DNA of 64,000 nucleotides from a virus (taxonomy: Duplodnaviria > Caudoviricetes): positions 1,010-65,009 of IMG/VR virus record IMGVR_UViG_3300042691_017518. One strand, written 5' to 3'. The position numbers and the translations under genes were made by a program. Positions 1-9,430 of this stretch are shown here, piece by piece. The notes under the pieces are model-generated. The model saw only the letters and a list, made by a program, of their open reading frames with translations. It was not told where the DNA came from and made no database searches. The first letter of the stretch is position 1. Every line of letters begins with the position of its first letter.

Positions 1-28
1 ATTCATAATGAAATAGATGATCTAGAAA

Positions 29-271
29 ATGAGTAGATATACTAAAAGTTTGGACGATGGTCGAAGTGTAGTATATGGCTACGATCATGCATTAGGATAC
101 TTTATCGATGTATTTGGTATTCCTGATGATCAAGGAGTTTCGGAAAGTTTAATAGAAGAATCTAGTTTTTTAACTCGCATGTCTAATGGCAAGATGATAG
201 AATTAATGGATTTGTTTGATCTTCCTGAATCTCACATAGAGAGAGTGGCAATGGATTTGCCGATTAATTAA
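29..271 (+). CDS. hypothetical protein
   Basis: 80 aa ATG ORF, A-rich upstream, co-oriented with arm. Confidence 0.7.
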   Translation: MSRYTKSLDDGRSVVYGYDHALGYFIDVFGIPDDQGVSESLIEESSFLTRMSNGKMIELMDLFDLPESHIERVAMDLPIN

Positions 272-291
272 AAACTAAAAAAACAGATAAA

Positions 292-474
292 ATGGTAAAG
301 TATAAAATACAAGAAGAAAAGATTTACGAGATTAGTAATGGATACTATGTGCTAACTAAGAAAAATTGGTGGTCACGTTGGAAATATGTTAAACGTGCTG
401 ATGGTATAATTGCTAAGTATAATACTCGTAAAGCGGCTCAAGCTTATATTAATCTAAATTTCAAAAAGAAATGA
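292..474 (+). CDS. small basic hypothetical protein
   Basis: 60 aa ORF; stop overlaps next start (ATGA). Confidence 0.7.
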   Translation: MVKYKIQEEKIYEISNGYYVLTKKNWWSRWKYVKRADGIIAKYNTRKAAQAYINLNFKKK

Positions 475-605
475 AAGGATTATATAAACTGGGAAAAGAT
501 GCTTTAATACAGAAAAAGCTAAAACGTCGTAGTAAAATATACATGGAATTCAAACATCTTCAACATAAATTTCTTGATACTAAGAAAGATTTAAGCGAAG
601 ATTAA
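471..605 (+). CDS. small basic hypothetical protein (44 aa, not in ORF track)
   Basis: ATG at 471 in ATGA overlap with upstream stop; MKGLYKLGKDALIQKKLKRRSKIYMEFKHLQHKFLDTKKDLSED, TAA 603-605; fills the gap before polA. Confidence 0.65.
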   Translation: MKGLYKLGKDALIQKKLKRRSKIYMEFKHLQHKFLDTKKDLSED

Positions 606-617
606 AACAACTCAAAA

Positions 618-2627
618 ATGATTTATTTAGTAACAGGTCAGCTGGAGTTATATACTCCAGTTGGCTATTCTATGGCTACTGTCGAAGAATCTTTAGAATA
701 TTTAGAAACATTAGACGTAATTGGTTTTGATACCGAGACTAGAGGATTTGATCCTTATACTAAAGAATTATTGTCGATGCAATTAGGTGATGGAGAAAAG
801 CAATATGTAATAGATTGCTTAAGTATCAATCCTAAGTTATATAAAGATATCCTAGAACGTAAGGAATTAATAATGCATAATGCAAAGTTTGACTTAAGGT
901 TTTTATATTATCAAGGCATAGTGCCTGTTAAAATCTTTGATACTTTTCTTGTAGAGAGAATTTTAACTACTGGTATAGATACAGCAAGAAGAAGTTTAGA
1001 TGCTGTAGTATATAAATATTGCAAGATAGAACTAGATAAAAGTATTAGAGGCAATATTCACAGAGAAGGCTTAACTACTAGAGTAATTAAATATGCTGCT
1101 GATGATGTGAAATATCTACATCAAGTAAAACGTAAGCAAGAAGTAGCTCTAGAAGAAAATCAGCTACAAAAAACTGCAAGTTTAGACAACCAGTTTGTAA
1201 TGGCTCTTGCTTATATAGAACATTGCGGCATGTATCTTAATCCAACTGATTGGCAAAAGAAATGTGATGATGACTTAAAAGATCTTAATGCTGTTAAAAT
1301 TACTTTAGATCAGTTTATCTTAGATAACATAGATAAATATCCTCAATATGTAGATAATCAACTAGACTTATTCTCAGAAGGGATAAAGTGCAAGATTAAT
1401 TGGTCGTCTTCTAAGCAAGTGATTCCTTTCATGCAGTCACTGGGTGTAGATACTTTAACAAAGGATAAGGACACTGGACTGATGAAACATTCGGTAGATA
1501 AGAAAGTCTTAAATCAGCAGAAAAAGAAACATCCTATTATTAATACTTACATTGAGTATACTGAGTGTCAAAAAGTAGTTAGTACCTATGGTGAAAACTG
1601 GTTTGAATACATAAACAAAGTCACTGGTAGGATTCATAGTAATTATACTCAGATTATGAACACGGGTAGATTGTCTAGTGGTCAGAAAGGTTTTCCTAAA
1701 AAAGGCATACCTCAACAGCCAAATATGCAAAATATTCCTAGTGATAATAGAACTAGAGGATGCTTTCAAGCTCAGCCAGGCAATACACTAATAGTAAGCG
1801 ATTATAGCGGGCAAGAGCAGATAGTACTTGCTAATAAATCTTTAGATAAAGATTTGCTTGCGTTCTATCAACAAGGTCTAGGTGATATGCATAGTTTTAT
1901 TGCATCTAAGATATTTCCTGAGTTATCAGGTTTGACTTTAGATGAAATTAAAGATAACCACAAGCAGAAAAGACAGATTGCTAAAGGTGCTGGCTTCGCA
2001 ATTAATTATGGTGGCACTGGGATAACTATCGCGCAAAACTTAAACATTTCTATGGAAGAAGGTGAAGAAGTCTATAAGGCTTACTTTAAAGCATTCCCTG
2101 GGCTTGCTAGTTATTTTAAGCAAGAAAAGAAAAGAGCGCTAGAATTAGGTTATATTCAATTCAATAATATTAGTGGTAGAAAATGCTTTATTCCATTCTT
2201 TGATGAATATCAAAAACTTCACAAAGAAATTTATGAAACTGAAGGATTTTGGGATAATTATAAGTTGGAAAAGTCGCAAGATTCTGTTATCTTTAAGACT
2301 TATTTCAAGCCAAAAGTTCGTGAATATTTTATGAAGCGTGGTGACATCGAAAGAATGTCGCTGAATTATCCTATTCAAGGATCTTCTGCCGATATTACTA
2401 AACTTGCGGGTGTATATTTCTTTAAGTATTTATTGGAGAATAATCTGATTTTTAAAGTGCTTTTGCCTAATGTAGTCCATGACGAATGGATTGTCGAAGC
2501 TCCTTTAGAAATAGCTGATGAAATCAGCATTGTCTTGCAAGATTGCATGGAGAGAGCTGGTAGTGTATTTTGTAAAACTATTAAACTTAAGGCAGAGCCT
2601 TGTATAACTTTAAATTGGAAACATTGA
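618..2627 (+). CDS. polA: DNA polymerase family A with 3'-5' exonuclease
   Basis: Exo motifs FDTET, HNAKFD, YAADD; polymerase motifs TGRLSS, DYSGQE (A), RQIAKGAGFAINYG (B), VHDE (C). Confidence 0.96.
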   Translation: MIYLVTGQLELYTPVGYSMATVEESLEYLETLDVIGFDTETRGFDPYTKELLSMQLGDGEKQYVIDCLSINPKLYKDILERKELIMHNAKFDLRFLYYQGIVPVKIFDTFLVERILTTGIDTARRSLDAVVYKYCKIELDKSIRGNIHREGLTTRVIKYAADDVKYLHQVKRKQEVALEENQLQKTASLDNQFVMALAYIEHCGMYLNPTDWQKKCDDDLKDLNAVKITLDQFILDNIDKYPQYVDNQLDLFSEGIKCKINWSSSKQVIPFMQSLGVDTLTKDKDTGLMKHSVDKKVLNQQKKKHPIINTYIEYTECQKVVSTYGENWFEYINKVTGRIHSNYTQIMNTGRLSSGQKGFPKKGIPQQPNMQNIPSDNRTRGCFQAQPGNTLIVSDYSGQEQIVLANKSLDKDLLAFYQQGLGDMHSFIASKIFPELSGLTLDEIKDNHKQKRQIAKGAGFAINYGGTGITIAQNLNISMEEGEEVYKAYFKAFPGLASYFKQEKKRALELGYIQFNNISGRKCFIPFFDEYQKLHKEIYETEGFWDNYKLEKSQDSVIFKTYFKPKVREYFMKRGDIERMSLNYPIQGSSADITKLAGVYFFKYLLENNLIFKVLLPNVVHDEWIVEAPLEIADEISIVLQDCMERAGSVFCKTIKLKAEPCITLNWKH

Positions 2628-3013
2628 TGGATACTTATGAAAGATTAATTGAAAAAACTAAAAAAGATTTAGCAATGCTTCAAAAATATTATGAAGTCTA
2701 CCTTTATTTTAAAAAAGTTAAAAATTATCAAAATAGTTATATAGTAGAAATGCGTAGGATATGGGCTAATAAGCTTTATAAAGAAGGTTTAAACTTATCT
2801 GAAATAGGCAGAGTTATTTCTAAGCATCATTCTACTATAATTTATTTAATACAAACACAAAAAGATGATGAAGTTTATGATGAAGTATCAGAAAATATGA
2901 TGAATTGGATGATTAGTAATCAATATCCAAAGACTTATAATATTACTGAGCCTTCTGCTATTCATAAACAAGGAGTAAAAAATGTAGTTAAATATAAATT
3001 AATTAACCTATGA
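2627..3013 (+). CDS. HTH DNA-binding protein, DnaA C-terminal (domain IV)-like
   Basis: LSEIGRVISKHHSTIIY resembles the DnaA domain IV helix-turn-helix; start moved to ATG 2627 (TGATG overlap with polA stop). Confidence 0.6.
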   Translation: MDTYERLIEKTKKDLAMLQKYYEVYLYFKKVKNYQNSYIVEMRRIWANKLYKEGLNLSEIGRVISKHHSTIIYLIQTQKDDEVYDEVSENMMNWMISNQYPKTYNITEPSAIHKQGVKNVVKYKLINL

Positions 3014-4278
3014 AGACAGCTGTAATAGACAGAACAGCTCGGCAAATATTAGGATTAAGAAAATGGAGAGAAAGTAATTTTTGTGGTATAGCAGAGTATC
3101 CAACAGGTTTTGGAAAGACTTATACTGCAATAATGGCTATTAAAGGAATGATTCCTAAGAAGAGTATTACTACTTGTCTTATTGTTGTTCCGACTCTTGA
3201 ACTTAAATCTCAATGGGAAGCTGAGTTAAAGAAAAACAAAATTACTATTGCTAAAGTAATGGTAATTAACTCTGCCATCAAGAATCTACATAAAGTAGAT
3301 ATGTTAGTACTTGATGAGGTTCATAGATATGCAGCTGAAAGCTTTAGAAATATTTTCAATAACGTTAGTTGTGATTATATTCTAGGCTTAACTGCTACTC
3401 TTGAAAGAGAAGATGGTTTTCATGAAGTAATTCTAGAATATCTTCCTGTGTTTGATCAGATTACTGTAGACGAAGCTTTAGATAATTTATGGATTGCACC
3501 TTATGTGGTTTATAATATTCCAGTTAGCTTATCAAGTAATGAACAAGTAGAGTATAATAAAGCTAATAATGCTTTTAAACATTTTGCTGCTAAATTAGGT
3601 CACGGCGCTAATGCTTTTAAGAACGCTACTAGTTATCTAAAATCTAGTGATAAAGTATTGCAAGGTCAAGCAGGTGCATATTATAATGCACTACGTAAAC
3701 GCAAGAATCTATGTCAAAACAATGAGAATAAGATTCTAGCTACTAAGCAAATTATAGACAGTTTACCTGGTCGTAATGGATTAATTTTTAGTGCTACTAC
3801 TGAGTTTGCTGAAAGCTTGCAAGATTGTCTAGGCGATATTTGTATGACTTTTCATAGTAAGATAAAGCGCAAAGAACAAGAATTAATAGTTAAGAAGTTT
3901 AAAGACAAAAGAACTAAAGTAAAGTTTCTCAGTTCTGTACAAGCTCTTAACGAAGGCTTTAATGTTCCTGATTGTTCTTTAGCTATTATTGCTGGTTCTA
4001 CAAGTACTAAACGCACGTTTATACAGCAATTAGGCCGTGTGGTGCGTAAACAACCTGATAAAGAAGCAATAATTATTAATCTTTATACTCCTGGCACACA
4101 GGAAGAAGTTTGGATGAAGAAGCGTTTAGAGGGAATTAATAAAGACAGAATTATTGTTTGTGAATTAGAAGATTTCTTAAAATTATTTAATGATGGAAGT
4201 AACACTGAAGATAGCTCAAATGAAGAGCTTACAATTGAATCCGAATCAAATGATATTATTGTTTCTGACTTACCATAA
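3010..4278 (+). CDS. superfamily 2 (DExH) helicase
   Basis: PTGFGKT, DEVH, LTAT, LNEGFNVP, QQLGRVVR motifs. Confidence 0.92.
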   Translation: MKTAVIDRTARQILGLRKWRESNFCGIAEYPTGFGKTYTAIMAIKGMIPKKSITTCLIVVPTLELKSQWEAELKKNKITIAKVMVINSAIKNLHKVDMLVLDEVHRYAAESFRNIFNNVSCDYILGLTATLEREDGFHEVILEYLPVFDQITVDEALDNLWIAPYVVYNIPVSLSSNEQVEYNKANNAFKHFAAKLGHGANAFKNATSYLKSSDKVLQGQAGAYYNALRKRKNLCQNNENKILATKQIIDSLPGRNGLIFSATTEFAESLQDCLGDICMTFHSKIKRKEQELIVKKFKDKRTKVKFLSSVQALNEGFNVPDCSLAIIAGSTSTKRTFIQQLGRVVRKQPDKEAIIINLYTPGTQEEVWMKKRLEGINKDRIIVCELEDFLKLFNDGSNTEDSSNEELTIESESNDIIVSDLP

Positions 4279-4756
4279 AGATTTTGAGTCAATCAAATCT
4301 ATCTTTGGCATACAAGAAGCAATTAATATTAGAAATAGTTTATGTGGCAGTGATTTTATACTTAGTGATAATACAGTAAAATTTACTGAAACTTTGTTAA
4401 GCAAGAAACATGTCGAGAAACTATTTGGCATTCGTGGAGATGGTGTTAATTTTTGGGAGTTTTATAATTGCTATCCTATTAGAGTCGGAACCAGAGTTCT
4501 TAGGTCTTCTGGTCCGACTACTCAGATAGCATTAAAACATGAAAAGAAATATCTAGCAAGAGTCAAAACTGTAGAACAACATCAAACAGCTATTGCTTCA
4601 ATACGATCATTCGTAGGACAGCAAAAGTTGGCAAATAAGTTAAACTTTTTGCCTAATATGGAAACAGTAATGAATAACTCTATGTGGGAGCAATGGGAAG
4701 TATTTATTAAAGAAACAGGAAAGGAGGAACAAGAATGGAACACGGAATCGATCTAG
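4190..4756 (+). CDS. hypothetical protein, possible replication initiator/helicase loader
   Basis: 188 aa; FWEFYNCYP segment resembles phage replication-organiser C-terminal domains; lies upstream of DnaB-like helicase. Confidence 0.5.
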   Translation: MMEVTLKIAQMKSLQLNPNQMILLFLTYHKDFESIKSIFGIQEAINIRNSLCGSDFILSDNTVKFTETLLSKKHVEKLFGIRGDGVNFWEFYNCYPIRVGTRVLRSSGPTTQIALKHEKKYLARVKTVEQHQTAIASIRSFVGQQKLANKLNFLPNMETVMNNSMWEQWEVFIKETGKEEQEWNTESI

Positions 4757-5052
4757 AGTATAGTATCAAGCATTTTGAAAAGGAAATTAGATATGTTAAT
4801 GAGTTACTGCAACATATGAAGCTTGAACATGCTATAGGACGTAAACTAGTAAAGAAAAGAAGTAATTATGAAAAGTCTATTAGTATTCTAAAAGGAAACA
4901 AAGAATCAGATTATGATTCTGAACTGCCTTTAACAAGTCTTAGAGCTAATTTGTATCAATTAAATCAGCAAGTAGAAGTGATTCCTGAAGCGCAAGTTAT
5001 TATTGATCAAATAAATTATGTTACTAAACTTTTAAAAGATGGCAAAAGTTAA
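4735..5052 (+). CDS. hypothetical protein
   Basis: 105 aa helical ORF overlapping both neighbours. Confidence 0.6.
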   Translation: MEHGIDLEYSIKHFEKEIRYVNELLQHMKLEHAIGRKLVKKRSNYEKSISILKGNKESDYDSELPLTSLRANLYQLNQQVEVIPEAQVIIDQINYVTKLLKDGKS

Positions 5053-6118
5053 ATATTGGGATAGACTCAAGAATGAAATAGAACGCGGTGAGCAAGGACT
5101 TAATACGGGCATTCCGTTTGAAGGCTTTACTACTCTAAGTGATCATATTCAGAATATTCAGCAACGTCGTTATGACTTAATATTTGCGCCGACATCTATT
5201 GGTAAATCTGCTTTTTTAGATTCTACCTATGTGTATGGCGCAATAAGTTTTTTGCAGAATAATCCTGGGTATATTCATGATTTAGAGATTATCTATTATT
5301 CTTTAGAGATTCCGCCAGAAGATCAGATTGCCAAACATATAGTAAGTTTGCTTTGGAAAGAACATGGGATATTATCAGACACTAATGAGATTAAATCAAA
5401 GGGTAAATTACAAATAAGACCTGAGATAAAACAGTTAGTATTAAGCTATGAGAAACGAATGGATGAGATTCAAGATAAGTATATATACTTTAAAACTGCT
5501 CTTAGTCCAAAGTCTTTGTTTAGAGATTTAGTAACTTATGCAGAAAGACGCGGTGTGTTCCAAAGAGACGACGAAGGAAATATTTTAAGCTACACTCCTA
5601 ATAATCCTGGATTGATAACTTTAATTATCATAGATCATATCGGGCATATAAACTACAAAGATTTTAACAGCAAGAAAGAAGCTATAGATATGGCTTCTAA
5701 ACATCTTGTGTTTTTTAGAAACATGTGTAATTTTAGTCCTGTAGTTGTATCGCAGATTAATCGTGATAAGAATCAAAAACACAGACAAGCAGAAGAAGGA
5801 TGGATGCCAGAGCTTCAAGATATTAAGGACACTGGTAATCTTGCCGAGGATGCAAATACTGTGATGGGTCTAGAAAGTCCATTTTATGTAGGAGTAGATA
5901 ATTGTTTAGGCTATGATATTACTAAGTTTAAGGATCGTTATAGGCTTTTAAAGATTCTAAAGAATCGTGACGGTAAGCGTAATTTACTTGTTAGCTTTCT
6001 ATTTATAGGCGAGTATGGGGGTTATTATCAATTGCCTCCAATAAATGAGCTTCAAGGTAAACCTGAAGAGCTCAAAAAGATTGATGAATATTATCGTAAT
6101 CAAACAAATAAACAGTAA
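5039..6118 (+). CDS. replicative SF4 (DnaB-like) helicase
   Basis: TGIP, Walker A APTSIGKS, YSLE, IIIDH, SQINR, LAEDAN, KNRDG. Confidence 0.9.
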   Translation: MAKVKYWDRLKNEIERGEQGLNTGIPFEGFTTLSDHIQNIQQRRYDLIFAPTSIGKSAFLDSTYVYGAISFLQNNPGYIHDLEIIYYSLEIPPEDQIAKHIVSLLWKEHGILSDTNEIKSKGKLQIRPEIKQLVLSYEKRMDEIQDKYIYFKTALSPKSLFRDLVTYAERRGVFQRDDEGNILSYTPNNPGLITLIIIDHIGHINYKDFNSKKEAIDMASKHLVFFRNMCNFSPVVVSQINRDKNQKHRQAEEGWMPELQDIKDTGNLAEDANTVMGLESPFYVGVDNCLGYDITKFKDRYRLLKILKNRDGKRNLLVSFLFIGEYGGYYQLPPINELQGKPEELKKIDEYYRNQTNKQ

Positions 6119-6597
6119 TGCCAATAGTAAAAACTGAAACAGGGAACTTGTTAGAAATGTTTAAACAAGCTCAAGTGCCACCTTTGTTAGCACATGGAAC
6201 AAATTGTTTAAAGACAATGAAAGGAATATCTGCTGAATTAGCTGAAGAATTTCCTGTATTAACCACAGTAGATGAAGAGTTTCCTTTACCTGCTTTGTAT
6301 AGATTAGGTGATTATTCTGCAATTGGAGTAGAATATGGTACTATTTTAAATTTCTATACATCTTTAGAAGTAGAAGGAAACTTTGAGTATTCTGCACTAA
6401 AAAGTTGTCTTAAGAAATTATCTATGGAAGCTATAAATGCAGGTACTTACATTCAACTTACTTTTCCCGTAATTAACACTCAAGGTGTGAATTGGGATAT
6501 AGTTAAGAAAATCCTTAATTCTCAAGAACAATTACTTATAACAGTAGTACAACATGATAAAGGAGAGGTACGAATGGGTGAAGGAGAAGCTGAGTAA
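6118..6597 (+). CDS. macrodomain-like protein (degenerate)
   Basis: GNLL..., AHGTNC..M.GIS, NFYT, YSALKSCL, FP..., NWDIV follow the phage/TARG1-type macrodomain pattern; glycine loops eroded. Confidence 0.65.
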   Translation: MPIVKTETGNLLEMFKQAQVPPLLAHGTNCLKTMKGISAELAEEFPVLTTVDEEFPLPALYRLGDYSAIGVEYGTILNFYTSLEVEGNFEYSALKSCLKKLSMEAINAGTYIQLTFPVINTQGVNWDIVKKILNSQEQLLITVVQHDKGEVRMGEGEAE

Positions 6598-6847
6598 GCA
6601 TCCAGAACTTAGAGATTCTAATGAAAGACTGTATTATCATTATCTTATACATATAGGATATGATATGAATAAGTCTTTTAAAGAAGTTCTAAAAGACATG
6701 GAGAAAAGAGTTATTCCTTATCTAGATACTTTCGGTAGAGCATCTCGTAAAGTACAAGAAGAGCATCCTCATCTGAGAGGAAAATACTATGGTAAAAGGA
6801 AAGGAAAAACTGAAGATGTTAAGCAAGAAATTAGGGATTTAACTTAA
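6554..6847 (+). CDS. hypothetical protein
   Basis: 97 aa ORF, PELRDS...RASRKVQEEHPHLRG. Confidence 0.7.
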   Translation: MIKERYEWVKEKLSKHPELRDSNERLYYHYLIHIGYDMNKSFKEVLKDMEKRVIPYLDTFGRASRKVQEEHPHLRGKYYGKRKGKTEDVKQEIRDLT

Positions 6848-6854
6848 AAATTCT

Positions 6855-6862
6855 TATCTTTA
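6855..6862 (+). promoter_or_regulatory. Bacteroidota-type -7 promoter element (TATCTTTA)
   Basis: One mismatch to TAnnTTTG, in the gap upstream of the HNH gene. Confidence 0.4.
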
Positions 6863-6894
6863 TTTAATGTAAATAATCTAAAAATCAATCATTT

Positions 6895-7389
6895 ATGGAC
6901 ATTTTGGAACTCTGGAAAGATATTTCAAGTTATGAAGGATTATATGTTATTAGTAATCATGGGAGAGTAAAATCTGTAAAGAAAAATAAAGTACTAAAAA
7001 GTCTCTATGATACAAAAGGGTATTTATATATTGGATTATCTAAAAATGGTAAAGAAACTAAATTTAAAATACATAGATTAGTATGTATCCACTTTTTAGA
7101 AAATCCTAAAAATTTACCTCAAGTAGATCATATTGATAGAATTAAAGATAACAATTTAGTAACTAATTTACGATGGGCTAATAATAGTATTAATGCTCAT
7201 AATACTCGTAGTAGAGTTGGAGGAACTTCTTTATTTAGAGGAGTATCTTTTGATAAAAGCGCTGGAATTAAAAAATGGAAAGCTATAATATCAATAGATA
7301 ATCAAAATTACCATTTAGGTAGATTTTTAACAGAATTAGAGGCACATAATGCAATAATTAATTTTAAAAAACAAAAACAATTAATTTAA
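6895..7389 (+). CDS. NUMOD4-HNH-AP2 homing endonuclease
   Basis: WKDI..YEGLYVISNHGRVKS (NUMOD4), HRLV...VDHIDRIKDNN...NLRW (HNH), FRGVS...W.A.I...HLGRF (AP2). Confidence 0.92.
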   Translation: MDILELWKDISSYEGLYVISNHGRVKSVKKNKVLKSLYDTKGYLYIGLSKNGKETKFKIHRLVCIHFLENPKNLPQVDHIDRIKDNNLVTNLRWANNSINAHNTRSRVGGTSLFRGVSFDKSAGIKKWKAIISIDNQNYHLGRFLTELEAHNAIINFKKQKQLI

Positions 7390-8063
7390 TGGGACAACTA
7401 GTATTTTTAGTGGGAAAAAGCGGGATGGGTAAGTCGACATCCCTAAGAAATTTAAATCCTGATGAAACTGTGATAATAAACACAGATCAAAAAGCGTTGC
7501 CGTTTAAGCAATTTAACCTTAAGTACAATGAAGAAAAACGTAATTATCGTAAGACTTCTGATGTAGGAATAGTAATCGCTACGCTTAAAAAAGTTAATGA
7601 TCTACCTAATGTAAAAACTATTATAGTAGATACATGGTCGAGAATTATGACTGATGCTATTATGAATCCTAGTTTTCGAGCAGAGAAAGGCTTTGACAAA
7701 TGGACTAAGATGGCAGCAGCTCAGTATGATTTAATAAACTTTATCAACGATTCAATGCGTGAGGATATTATAGTTTATCTATTTGCTCATCCAGAGACTC
7801 ATTATGATGAAGCAGGATTTGGTTCTGAGCGTATAGGCGTTCAAGGCAAAATGTTAGAGCGTTTTGTGCCTGAATCATTCAGCACTATAGTTCTTTATGC
7901 TGAGATAATCAAAACACCTGGGCAACCAAACAATCATGTATTTAGAACTGTATCATCTGGTTCTGATACTTGTAAAACACCGCTAGAGATGTTTGAGAAT
8001 AATACTATTCCAAATGATCTAGTAGAAGTAAATACGGCAATTCGTGAATATTATTCAATTTAA
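7389..8063 (+). CDS. Sak4-like AAA ATPase (single-strand annealing protein)
   Basis: GKSGMGKST Walker A, IIVDT Walker B, AH, GKM, KTP motifs; followed by SSB-like genes. Confidence 0.8.
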   Translation: MGQLVFLVGKSGMGKSTSLRNLNPDETVIINTDQKALPFKQFNLKYNEEKRNYRKTSDVGIVIATLKKVNDLPNVKTIIVDTWSRIMTDAIMNPSFRAEKGFDKWTKMAAAQYDLINFINDSMREDIIVYLFAHPETHYDEAGFGSERIGVQGKMLERFVPESFSTIVLYAEIIKTPGQPNNHVFRTVSSGSDTCKTPLEMFENNTIPNDLVEVNTAIREYYSI

Positions 8064-8078
8064 ATTAAAAACAGAAAC

Positions 8079-8753
8079 ATGGAGAATGTAATCTGGGGAG
8101 GCGTTCCTGCACAAAGAAAACGCAAAGAAGAAAAGTATACAACTGCGGTTGTTACTATGTCAGCACTAGAGAAAGTAGGTGCTGGTCGTAAGTTTAGTTT
8201 TAACAGAGCTGCTCAAACAGTTTTGGGGATTCAAGGAGAAGAAAGAATTTCTTTCGGTTTTACTCCTGATGGTCAACACATCTTTATTCGTAAAGTAGAA
8301 GGTGATGCAGGTTTTCAGTTAACTAAGACTTGTACTATTAGTGATAAGAGGACATTTGAGTTTATCGCTAACAGACTAAAACTTGATACTACTGTTGAAA
8401 ATGATTTTGATGTAGTTGCTGTAGACGGCCAAGACTATTTTGAATTAGTAGCAAAGGAAGAGACTTTAGAGTTTACTACGATGCATGTAGGTGAAATTTC
8501 TGATGAAGCAGATTTATCTGCAGATTTAAGTTCTTTACCTCAAGTTCCTGAAGGAGGAGTGACTTATGAAGAAATTCCTGCAGTTATTGCTAGTCTAGAT
8601 GTAGATGCAGATCATGATGTAAATGATGTTGCAGATCACGTAGAAGATTTACAAACTGGAGATGATTTTGATTTCGACACAGTAGAACTTACTGAAGAAA
8701 CAGTAGAAGATTCTATAGAAACTTCTGAGGAGTCAGATGAAGATGAATGGTAA
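8079..8753 (+). CDS. hypothetical protein with long acidic C-terminal tail
   Basis: Beta-rich N-terminal half, D/E-rich C-terminal half ending DEDEW. Confidence 0.75.
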   Translation: MENVIWGGVPAQRKRKEEKYTTAVVTMSALEKVGAGRKFSFNRAAQTVLGIQGEERISFGFTPDGQHIFIRKVEGDAGFQLTKTCTISDKRTFEFIANRLKLDTTVENDFDVVAVDGQDYFELVAKEETLEFTTMHVGEISDEADLSADLSSLPQVPEGGVTYEEIPAVIASLDVDADHDVNDVADHVEDLQTGDDFDFDTVELTEETVEDSIETSEESDEDEW

Positions 8754-8779
8754 TTAATAATTTTAAAACAAAGTAAACA

Positions 8780-9376
8780 ATGATCAATTTAAATGATGCG
8801 TCTTTTGACGCTAAAGAAGGAGCAGTAATTTTCAATGGCGGAAATGCTGGTATTGCAGAAAACGTAACACTTAGTGTTCAGAAAAAGAAACCTGAAGATA
8901 AAGCAGGTTCTCCTGAATATAAGTTAACTTTTACTGATGCTAATGGTGGTGCTTGTAACAGTTCATTCTGGTATGTAGACAAAGACACTGAGTATTCTAC
9001 AATTGCTGAGCAGATTCAAAAACAAGGTAAAGTGCTTAAGCATGTTATCCATGCAATCTATGGTGATGGATATTCTTTTCCTAGTTTTAACTCTGCAAAA
9101 GAATTACTTGACGGTTGTATGAAAATCATTCGTGATGGTATTGGCGCTAATCCTAAGTTCCGTGTGTTTGCTAATTATGGTACTAAGACTAGCGTTAAGA
9201 AATATATCCAACCTCGTTCTTGGGTTCCATTTATGGAATCTATGAGTGTTGCTGCTACAGATACTCGCTTAAAAGCTGGAGATCTTGATGCAATGCAACG
9301 AGTTCAAGAAGATACATTTGTAAGTAATGGCGCAGTAGCCAATGCAAATGATCTTGTTGAGGGAGACGATTGGTGA
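8780..9376 (+). CDS. putative single-stranded DNA-binding protein
   Basis: Between Sak4-like ATPase and primase; acidic-aromatic end (EGDDW); followed by strong terminator. Confidence 0.55.
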   Translation: MINLNDASFDAKEGAVIFNGGNAGIAENVTLSVQKKKPEDKAGSPEYKLTFTDANGGACNSSFWYVDKDTEYSTIAEQIQKQGKVLKHVIHAIYGDGYSFPSFNSAKELLDGCMKIIRDGIGANPKFRVFANYGTKTSVKKYIQPRSWVPFMESMSVAATDTRLKAGDLDAMQRVQEDTFVSNGAVANANDLVEGDDW

Positions 9377-9396
9377 GAAAACTAATTAACTTTACA

Positions 9397-9427
9397 GAGG
9401 GGGACACTAATGTCCTCCTCTTTTTTT
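9397..9427 (+). terminator. Rho-independent terminator
   Basis: GAGGGGGACA-CTAA-TGTCCTCCTC stem (one G-U pair) followed by T7. Confidence 0.88.
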
Positions 9428-9430
9428 CTT

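Noticed and set aside
618-8063. Introns or inteins in polA, helicases or around the HNH gene
   Set aside because: Motif spacing is normal, no intein signatures, and the gene after the HNH starts with its own intact Walker A.
9410-9430. Longer N-terminus for primase
   Set aside because: Runs through the terminator hairpin and T-tract; ATG 9431 preferred.
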